Part shown: positions 47,379 through 53,689 of the stretch, one piece after another | Layout of the letters: each line of letters starts with the position of its first letter | Position numbering within the stretch: position 1 is the stretch's first letter | Virus record (IMG/VR): IMGVR_UViG_3300029309_000059 | Location: 1 to 53,689 of that record | Source: a virus | Lineage: Duplodnaviria > Caudoviricetes | DNA: 53,689 nt | Strand: one strand, 5' to 3' | Position numbers and translations under genes: made by a program | The notes under the pieces: generated by a model | Database searches by the model: none | Seen by the model: the letters and a program-made list of their open reading frames with translations, nothing else | What the model was told of the DNA's origin: nothing

Positions 47379-48683
47379 TCACCCTTTCTGACCTTTTTTC
47401 TTTACTTTGAACTTACCTCCTTGATTGAAATCGGGAAGAAGATCGCGGCCTCTTGGGAAGTATGGATTATATTGAGCACCATAGTAGTCAGATATATATT
47501 TATTAAATAGTTCAGCCCTTCCTTCAGGTGTGCGTGAATAATCTAAAAGATTTACGCCAGTTCCTGATCTAGAGGCTCTAATGTCAGGATTTGTCGTGAA
47601 GCCTGGAAATAGCCTAGCATTGTGCATAGCATATCTTGTATCATAGTCAGCACTAACGCTTCCTTTAAGTTCTCCTATTTGAATGTCCTTGATTATTTCT
47701 GACGCACTGGCCCTTGGGCCGCCAATCTCTGGTGCAATACGAATCGCCCCCAAAACATCGCCATAACTAGTACCCTTTCTTGGATCTGCAAACATAGATT
47801 CACCAAGCAGGGCAGTCTTGGTTCCTTGATACAATCCAGGTCCAAGGTTTCTCCCGCCTCTTCCAGTGCCAATAGGGTCTGTAAGATATTTTACTACGTC
47901 GTCTTGATCACTAGCCTTAACCGCTCTAAAAGAAGTGAGGTACTCTTCTGCAAAGTTTTGCATAGGCTTGTCGAAGTCTCCAGCATCAAATTTTTCAGGC
48001 GTAAACTTTAAAAGAGCGTCAGGATCCGACTCAATCATATAGTTTGTTGCAGCAGTTTCAATCTTTGCGGGGGATCCATACCCCAAAGGACTCATACCTG
48101 TTTTTATTGCCACATCATCATAAGCCTTTTCAGTAATTTTGCTTGCGTGCTTAGAGAACTCCATTGCTTTATCCTTTATAGCTTTGAGCTCATTGAGGAC
48201 AGCATTGTCTTTATTGTTTACAAGAACACGTCTAATATCTTTGTAGGTTTTTACCCCCTCCTTTCTTAGGAGATCTACAGTCTTCTCCAAAGCCTTAGGT
48301 ACTCTCTGTCCAGCCGACCCAGTAACCAGACCGAGTAGAGCGGCACTGCTGTACTCGTTGTCATAGTTTGGATCGTCAATGACACCCGCCATAGCAAGCG
48401 TCGCATAGATGTGATCAAAAGGATTAGCGAGAGCAACTACACTTTGAAAAGGAGAGAAACCACTTCCCTCCAACTCTGCCTGAGTAGGCACGTAGTTACC
48501 CTTGCCAACCTCACGCATGTAATTTAACGGCTGAGACAACGCCCGCAAAAGGTCTACACCCATGTCGGTGTAACTTCTATCTCTTCCCTGAGAAATCTTA
48601 GGCCCGTTGTCGGGTGCAACACCTCCGTTCTGGTATTTTTTTATTACCCTGAATCCAGGCTTGTGTTTTCTGATGCTTTTCAT
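47379..48683 (-). CDS. GG-tagged protein with putative ADP-ribosyltransferase-like C-terminal domain
   Basis: KKYQNGG near the N-terminus, FNQGGKFKVKKK at the C-terminus; TSFRAV...GTGRGGRNLGPGLY...YGD. Confidence 0.55.
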   Translation of the reverse strand: MKSIRKHKPGFRVIKKYQNGGVAPDNGPKISQGRDRSYTDMGVDLLRALSQPLNYMREVGKGNYVPTQAELEGSGFSPFQSVVALANPFDHIYATLAMAGVIDDPNYDNEYSSAALLGLVTGSAGQRVPKALEKTVDLLRKEGVKTYKDIRRVLVNNKDNAVLNELKAIKDKAMEFSKHASKITEKAYDDVAIKTGMSPLGYGSPAKIETAATNYMIESDPDALLKFTPEKFDAGDFDKPMQNFAEEYLTSFRAVKASDQDDVVKYLTDPIGTGRGGRNLGPGLYQGTKTALLGESMFADPRKGTSYGDVLGAIRIAPEIGGPRASASEIIKDIQIGELKGSVSADYDTRYAMHNARLFPGFTTNPDIRASRSGTGVNLLDYSRTPEGRAELFNKYISDYYGAQYNPYFPRGRDLLPDFNQGGKFKVKKKGQKG

Positions 48684-48686
48684 GAG

Positions 48687-49064
48687 TTATGCCTTGAACT
48701 TACCTCTAAAGCGCTCCTTCTTCCCGTCACGTACAATGTACCCTCTCTCGCGAGTCACACCCCTCTTGTTGGTCTTCTGACGAGACTTCATAGTAGTCCT
48801 CCCGTGCTTGTCTTTTACCTCAAGAGTCTCCTTAACCTTGTCCTTCGTCCCCCTTGTCTTAGCAGAGGTTTCCATCTTCGTGACATCACCCGTCTTTCTG
48901 TCCCTTGAGGTGAACTTCTCACTGAGCTCTTCGCGCAACTTGCGCTTCCTACCCTTGCCTTTTTCTGAGGTAGACAGCTTGGAGTCAACTCTTACCTCTT
49001 TTTCACCCGCGCTATCGCCTGGATCGTAGTTCGCCTTGGGTAGTTTCTTCTTTCTTACTCTCAT
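48687..49064 (-). CDS. very basic hypothetical protein
   Basis: Lys/Arg-rich, 125 aa; -7 element at 49069-49076, 4 nt upstream. Confidence 0.65.
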   Translation of the reverse strand: MRVRKKKLPKANYDPGDSAGEKEVRVDSKLSTSEKGKGRKRKLREELSEKFTSRDRKTGDVTKMETSAKTRGTKDKVKETLEVKDKHGRTTMKSRQKTNKRGVTRERGYIVRDGKKERFRGKFKA

Positions 49065-49081
49065 ACAGCAAATATAAAAGA

Positions 49082-49375
49082 TTAAGACTTACCTCTAGAT
49101 CGTCTGATAGCCTCTTTGCCTCTTTTGAATATAGATGCTACTTCTTTTTTACCCATGACCTCGGCCCTCTGCTCCCCAACAGTAAGTATCTGAATCTTTC
49201 TTGCAAAGGGTTTGTTTATTCTTTTCACTTTAGCCACTGTTGCTCGCGCATCAGCAGGTGTAGCAAACTTGATACTCACAGTATCCTTAGGGTTCTCATC
49301 CGTATAAAGCCTCCTGCCGCTCCCTTTGGGCTTTTTACCCGTCCCAACCTTAGGATCTCGCTTCTTTACCTTCAT
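49082..49375 (-). CDS. basic phage protein
   Basis: GSGRRLYTDENPKDTV.IKFAT...RKIQILTV.EQRA. Confidence 0.7.
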   Translation of the reverse strand: MKVKKRDPKVGTGKKPKGSGRRLYTDENPKDTVSIKFATPADARATVAKVKRINKPFARKIQILTVGEQRAEVMGKKEVASIFKRGKEAIRRSRGKS

Positions 49376-49890
49376 GGTACAACTATCCTTGCGTTATAAA
49401 CAGAAAAGATTCACTGTGTAAACACAAAAACTAGCTGTTTCTGTCTTAACAAAGTGTCAATCGCTTCGATATCGTAAAGGTATAAACAAATTTCTTAAAA
49501 GTCAATAGTAAAGCTTTACTAGATATAAGGTATGTCAACGCATTGCAAACCAATAAGTTACATGTTTTTACCTGGAGAGCTGTTTTTTGATCTGTGATCA
49601 AGAAAAGCCAAAAAAAATGCTGAGTAATACATAGGGTGGGGATTATATGTATCACGTAGCGGTGTGCTACGCACGCCTAATTGACTATCATTTCTCAAAA
49701 TTATGTCAAATGCATAGCATTGCGCAAAACTTTCAGCTTTTTGTAACTGCCTGACAATTAGCACGATACGCCGACTCATTGGAGCAATCATTTATGTGAC
49801 TCATTGCAACGTGTTGTGTATCAACTCGGAACAATCACCCCATACCTTCGCGCTCTTACATTATGTACCCTACAACGGGGACGGACTGCG

Positions 49891-50150
49891 TTAACATTTA
49901 TTGGCAAAAATTACTTGCATATGTGCCGCCGTTTATGTAGTAGCGTCCCTTTTGGGCCGTTAACATTTATTAGCAAAATACCTTTGGTGGTTCGTGCTTG
50001 TTTTTGTATGGAGTCACCCCATTTAGGCTTTAACATTTGTTGGCTGTTTTTCTTTGGTGTTTTGGTGCTGTTTTCGTATGAGGTTGGTCGTCAGCTCATC
50101 TCATTATGTCAAGTACAATTTTAACATTTCGGGCCTGTTTTTTAACATTT
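49891..50150 (+). repeat. TTAACATTT direct repeats x5 in the strand-switch region
   Basis: Copies at 49891, 49960, 50030, 50121 and 50142; inverted copy at 50580-50588. Confidence 0.8.
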
Positions 50151-50158
50151 CAGATGGT

Positions 50159-50187
50159 GTCAGTAATGACATACTGACGTATATTTG
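50159..50187 (+). promoter_or_regulatory. operator-like palindrome + early -7 promoter element
   Basis: GTCAGTA-N6-TACTGAC (50159-50178) followed by TATATTTG (50180-50187). Confidence 0.6.
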
Positions 50188-50231
50188 AGTATGAATCAAG
50201 GGGAAATAAAAACCCCATAAAAACAACACAT

Positions 50232-50450
50232 ATGAAGGTATTAAATACCATAAACCCACACCCAACGCGTGCCGTCCACGATGGCAGGTATCGGAGGGAG
50301 TATAGCACCAAAACGTGGGGAGCGTCACGGGGCCAACGGGCCTCACGTTCCAAACGCAAGGCAGACGCGCTCGTCGATGAGTTCATGCTTACGGCATCGA
50401 AGGCCCGCGCCTACGATGAACGCCGAGCCAAGCGGAAACGCACGGCCTAA
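50232..50450 (+). CDS. early hypothetical basic protein
   Basis: First substantial + strand ORF; A-rich leader. Confidence 0.55.
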   Translation: MKVLNTINPHPTRAVHDGRYRREYSTKTWGASRGQRASRSKRKADALVDEFMLTASKARAYDERRAKRKRTA

Positions 50451-50637
50451 CATACACGGCCCCGCACGGGGTTATGCATGAGGGAGCCCCTCATGAGTAA
50501 AAACACGGCAAAAGACACACACCAACGGCAAAGGTCGGCACGTGGGAACGTGCGAAGGTTCGACTCCTTCACGTATGGCAAATGTTAAAACTGTTAAATG
50601 GTTTTGACTCTTTAGTTTAATCAATCAAAATTGTGAT

Positions 50638-50907
50638 ATGCAAAATATCAAAGACATGACGAATACTGAATTCGTCACACATCTAATGGACTATGGTTCA
50701 AAGTATGGGCCTATGGTTCAAATGGTCGTCATTGACTGCCTTCAAAAGGGACTCAATGAATACATCCAAGCTGAGGACGAAATCATCGCGAAGATGCGAG
50801 AGGACGAAGCCAACGGGCGATATTCGTTCGTCAATATGGAATCTTGGATAGGATGCTGCAAGGAAACGAAGGAACGAATGAATGAAAAATATAATTCCAA
50901 TGCGTAA
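50638..50907 (+). CDS. early hypothetical protein
   Basis: 89 aa; A/T-rich leader. Confidence 0.7.
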   Translation: MQNIKDMTNTEFVTHLMDYGSKYGPMVQMVVIDCLQKGLNEYIQAEDEIIAKMREDEANGRYSFVNMESWIGCCKETKERMNEKYNSNA

Positions 50908-51241
50908 AATCACACAACAAGCGGTTGAGGCTTTCGAGGCTCAACGTTCATTCAAAAGCGGGAACACAAAGGTTCGCGTGCTTACTCAATCCCCGTTCTC
51001 TCCTGGCGGTGGGTCTCTCGTCCTCTTGGAGTTGCACGGCAATGTAATTGCACGGCACGAATCTTGGAACGGGCGAACGTTCATCACAAATGCGGGATGG
51101 GAAACACGAACAACCAAGGAACGTCTCAACGGACTACGGGGTGTAAGTATCAGCCAAATGAATTGGGATTGGTATCTCAATGGCAAGTTATGGAATGGGG
51201 AATGGATCGACCCACAAACAGGCAAAAAACCAACGACATGA
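50900..51241 (+). CDS. early hypothetical protein
   Basis: MRKITQQAVEAF...LHGNVIA...GWETRTTKERLNG...WYL. Confidence 0.7.
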   Translation: MRKITQQAVEAFEAQRSFKSGNTKVRVLTQSPFSPGGGSLVLLELHGNVIARHESWNGRTFITNAGWETRTTKERLNGLRGVSISQMNWDWYLNGKLWNGEWIDPQTGKKPTT

Positions 51242-51435
51242 ATAATGCAAAACCAACCTTCGCGTCTCAATGCAAGCACATGAGCAATTTCAAACTCATG
51301 GACTATGTGAGCAAGCTGACAAGAATCATTGAACGAGCAAAGAAACGTGACACGTTGCAATCCCGTGTGGATGAACTTGTGGCGGACGCATCGCTCAAAA
51401 TCGTAGTGAAAGAACTGAAAACAAGAACGACATGA
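51238..51435 (+). CDS. early hypothetical protein
   Basis: ATGA-coupled start MNNAKPTF. Confidence 0.6.
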   Translation: MNNAKPTFASQCKHMSNFKLMDYVSKLTRIIERAKKRDTLQSRVDELVADASLKIVVKELKTRTT

Positions 51436-51593
51436 AAGACACATATAAGGTCTACACATACTTCGGGCGTGTAGTGAAAACCATCAAGATGGAGCCGAAC
51501 ACGCTAGGACTTCACGCATTGGCATCAGCACAACGGGCGTGTGCCAATTACATCAAAACAACGGGGAAAGACGCATGGGTCAAACTCGTATAA
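51432..51593 (+). CDS. 53-aa early protein (not in ORF track)
   Basis: MKDTYKVYTYFGRVVKTIK...DAWVKLV; ATGA-coupled. Confidence 0.6.
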   Translation: MKDTYKVYTYFGRVVKTIKMEPNTLGLHALASAQRACANYIKTTGKDAWVKLV

Positions 51594-51603
51594 ATTAAAA
51601 GAC

Positions 51604-51855
51604 ATGAAAACACATACAACGTACTTGGTGACATTAATTGACGGCATCCATGACGGATTTGGATGGAGTGCCAACGGCTCTCACGTTATTAGGAAAAACA
51701 TATCTATGCCTAACAACGCTACCGACAGGCAAATGTGGATGCAGGCGCGGGCAGTTATGGGTTACACCAACGTCCGAGGAAGGTACTTAGATGATGCAAC
51801 TTGGATGACATACAATTCACACATGATGCTTTGCATACAACACGAAGAATCTTAA
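51604..51855 (+). CDS. early hypothetical protein
   Basis: Start MKTHTTY after an A-rich leader. Confidence 0.6.
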   Translation: MKTHTTYLVTLIDGIHDGFGWSANGSHVIRKNISMPNNATDRQMWMQARAVMGYTNVRGRYLDDATWMTYNSHMMLCIQHEES

Positions 51856-51867
51856 ATCTTATATGCT

Positions 51868-52062
51868 ATGAATGCAGAAAACAAAACTAAAGCAACAACA
51901 AACGTAAGCACACAGGGACTTGGTGACAACCAAGTGGCAGTGCTCGACTACTCCACACGGACTTACACAATCGTAACATTCGATGGTCACTACCCCGACG
52001 ACGTAGAAGAAAAGCTGTATGAACTCGGCTACGAAGTAGCTAATTGTGCATGGATGACATGA
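51868..52062 (+). CDS. early hypothetical protein
   Basis: 64 aa. Confidence 0.65.
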   Translation: MNAENKTKATTNVSTQGLGDNQVAVLDYSTRTYTIVTFDGHYPDDVEEKLYELGYEVANCAWMT

Positions 52063-52553
52063 AAGATTACGATAGAAATTCAAACTTCGATTCAATGAAA
52101 AAACTATTAAGCAAAAAGCAACGCGAGCAATGGCTCGATGAGAATTGGCAGTACGGGGTGCTGACATTCCGCTACTCTGACGGGGTGAATGGCAACATCG
52201 TCAAGGTTCTCGACAAGCGAGGCGACAGAATCCAAAGTGTAGGGTGTAGTGGCGGAGGATACGACATGACAGGGACGTGTCTTGGTCAGTTCATCGAACT
52301 ATGCTTTCCCAAAGAAATCAGACGGATTGACCCACGAGAGTTCTATGGCATCAAGCACTACAACATGAATCGCAAATCACGCAAACACAGATACCAAGTA
52401 AGGCAAAGCAAGAACACTAGAACGATCATTGATGGAGCGTGCGGGATGCAGTCAATGCAGAACATCCTTGAGAAGATTGGATTCAAACTAGAATACATCA
52501 CAGAAACTCGTGGCAAGGTTGACACCACCACATACATACTGAAAACAGCATGA
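52059..52553 (+). CDS. early hypothetical protein
   Basis: GGGYDMTGT..G and IDGACG motifs; start at 52059 (ATGA) or 52095. Confidence 0.7.
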   Translation: MKDYDRNSNFDSMKKLLSKKQREQWLDENWQYGVLTFRYSDGVNGNIVKVLDKRGDRIQSVGCSGGGYDMTGTCLGQFIELCFPKEIRRIDPREFYGIKHYNMNRKSRKHRYQVRQSKNTRTIIDGACGMQSMQNILEKIGFKLEYITETRGKVDTTTYILKTA

Positions 52554-52689
52554 ATATGCAAGTCCCCACAAAGGTCTTGAAGCGATTAGAGGCCATCAAG
52601 CAACGCATTGAATTAGCGGATGCAAAACAACGAGAGCAAAGGGTTATACACCTCCTCCTCGACCCACTTTCACATACATACTGAAAACA
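52529..52689 (+). repeat. 19-bp exact direct repeat pair
   Basis: CACATACATACTGAAAACA at 52529-52547 and 52671-52689. Confidence 0.85.
52550..52684 (+). CDS. 44-aa early protein (not in ORF track)
   Basis: MNMQVPTKVLKRLEAIKQRIELADAK...; ATGA-coupled. Confidence 0.5.
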   Translation: MNMQVPTKVLKRLEAIKQRIELADAKQREQRVIHLLLDPLSHTY

Positions 52690-52745
52690 AAATGACAGAA
52701 CTAATTCGAACAAATCAAAATTTTCAAACTTCAAATTAATCCATC

Positions 52746-52970
52746 ATGCTACAAGACATGAACACACGGCAACTTGCCGAAGCAATTCAGGAAGACCTGA
52801 GCAAGGTCGAACTCATCCTCAACTACTGCCGTCGCAGGGATGTGGCACAACTAATGGCCGCGTCATGTGCCTCTTTGGACGGAAAGCACTCATGCAACAC
52901 TCCATTGTACACACTCCTGTCTAACATCGACGAGGCATCTGACCTCATCATCGAAAAAACCTACAAGTGA
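52746..52970 (+). CDS. early hypothetical protein
   Basis: 74 aa. Confidence 0.6.
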   Translation: MLQDMNTRQLAEAIQEDLSKVELILNYCRRRDVAQLMAASCASLDGKHSCNTPLYTLLSNIDEASDLIIEKTYK

Positions 52971-53293
52971 TGAAGTATGCAAGACAATGTGACGTAACAG
53001 GCGAAGGCATGAACAAGGGATGGGTCTTTGGAGACGGGGTGTTTTACGCCAAGTACGAAAAAGATGCTTTGGCTGAATGTCGCAATGACAGGGACGATAT
53101 CCTACACGACATCAAGGGCGTTGATGCTATGATGATTCAAGACCCGTCACGATGGGAGGAATTTGATGAGGCAGTGCAACGCACCCTGCAAAACAGGGAT
53201 GACGACCACGACCTGATGACCATCGCATTCCAAACGGACTACTGCTACTACACCGAATGGGAAGACGAAAGCGAATACGAATACGAATCATAA
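52967..53293 (+). CDS. early hypothetical protein
   Basis: ARQCDVTGEGMNKGW...YYTEWE. Confidence 0.7.
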   Translation: MMKYARQCDVTGEGMNKGWVFGDGVFYAKYEKDALAECRNDRDDILHDIKGVDAMMIQDPSRWEEFDEAVQRTLQNRDDDHDLMTIAFQTDYCYYTEWEDESEYEYES

Positions 53294-53308
53294 ACACAAT
53301 AACTCATC

Positions 53309-53635
53309 ATGAAATTCAAACTCGACTTCAAGACCACGCTACCACACGTAGCTATGACCACGGCGTATGACGTAGACCACGACAGAGCCACCAACGTAGA
53401 GATGGACACCACCATCGGGATTGACCCACGCCACCATAGTGGTGGGTGGTACGAAACCTACGACGTAGAAACAGGCGGTGACCGCTTCTATGCAGGCGGT
53501 ATACTTGAAACGGAAGATTCCTCTGACGGGGAAGGCAATGAGCAAGTCGTTCTTACGGGTTACGATGGATGCTTCGAACTTCCTGACTACATCATCAAAG
53601 CCCTCGAAGAGAAGGGCGTAATCATTGACCTATGA
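53309..53635 (+). CDS. early hypothetical acidic protein
   Basis: GWYETYD...YAGG.L...LTGYDGCFELP. Confidence 0.7.
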   Translation: MKFKLDFKTTLPHVAMTTAYDVDHDRATNVEMDTTIGIDPRHHSGGWYETYDVETGGDRFYAGGILETEDSSDGEGNEQVVLTGYDGCFELPDYIIKALEEKGVIIDL

Positions 53636-53689
53636 CACAAGAACAATGCGAATCAGCAGTCAAAGCACTGCAACAACACGGCTTCCGCG
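53632..53689 (+). CDS. 5' start of a truncated gene
   Basis: ATGA-coupled MTQEQCESAVKALQQHGFR, running off the window edge. Confidence 0.5.
   Translation, partial: MTQEQCESAVKALQQHGFR

Noticed and set aside
5253-49029. Numerous short + strand ORFs antisense to late genes (e.g. 16681-17259, 30234-31412, 42840-43361)
   Set aside because: These are shadow frames of well-supported - strand genes with no motifs; only 44612-45040 is accepted.
49880-50150. CRISPR mini-array (about 70-bp periodicity)
   Set aside because: The conserved core is only 9 bp, the repeats are otherwise degenerate, and no cas genes are present.
49446-50386. ORFs listed in the strand-switch region
   Set aside because: No recognisable motifs, unusual composition and overlap with repeats and promoter; treated as non-coding.
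50455-50520. Hammerhead ribozyme
   Set aside because: Hairpins are present but the CUGANGA/GAAA core is not.
1-53689. Stop-codon reassignment as seen in some crAss-like phages
   Set aside because: Long genes are intact under code 11, TAG and TGA both terminate genes, and no suppressor tRNA was seen.
1-53689. Prophage/integration or diversity-generating retroelement
   Set aside because: No integrase, reverse transcriptase, TR/VR pair or host housekeeping genes were recognised in the window.

Overview
A ~53.7 kb segment of a tailed dsDNA phage, most likely a podovirus with a crAss-like structural module infecting a Bacteroidota (probably Flavobacteriia) host. The host call rests on many TAnnTTTG -7 promoter elements and a type IX secretion (T9SS) C-terminal sorting domain. 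Layout: (1) 1-4.8 kb, + strand, end of the replication module (SSB-like protein, DUF1599/Nmad1-like protein, primase-helicase, two PD-(D/E)xK nucleases). (2) 4.8-49.4 kb, - strand, late region: basic GG-motif proteins, M15A endolysin, GroES-like protein, HNH, a tRNA-like RNA, tRNA-Arg(UCU), large terminase, portal, a paralog array, scaffold, major capsid, tail ring proteins, a split muzzle/nozzle gene, ejection proteins, holin, and a 4-gene envelope cassette. (3) 49.4-50.2 kb, non-coding strand switch with repeats and an operator-like palindrome. (4) 50.2-53.7 kb, + strand, small early-type genes. Best candidates for new biology: the T9SS-cargo / beta-barrel / membrane coiled-coil / CxxC-less thioredoxin cassette; a tRNA-like RNA with a displaced D-loop-like element right behind an HNH gene; a basic K(Y/F)xxGG tag on unrelated proteins, including an ART-like one (possible capsid-cargo signal); the split muzzle gene; and -7 elements placed 4-5 nt before ATG (leaderless mRNAs). 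All family assignments come from motif recognition by eye; no database searches were run.
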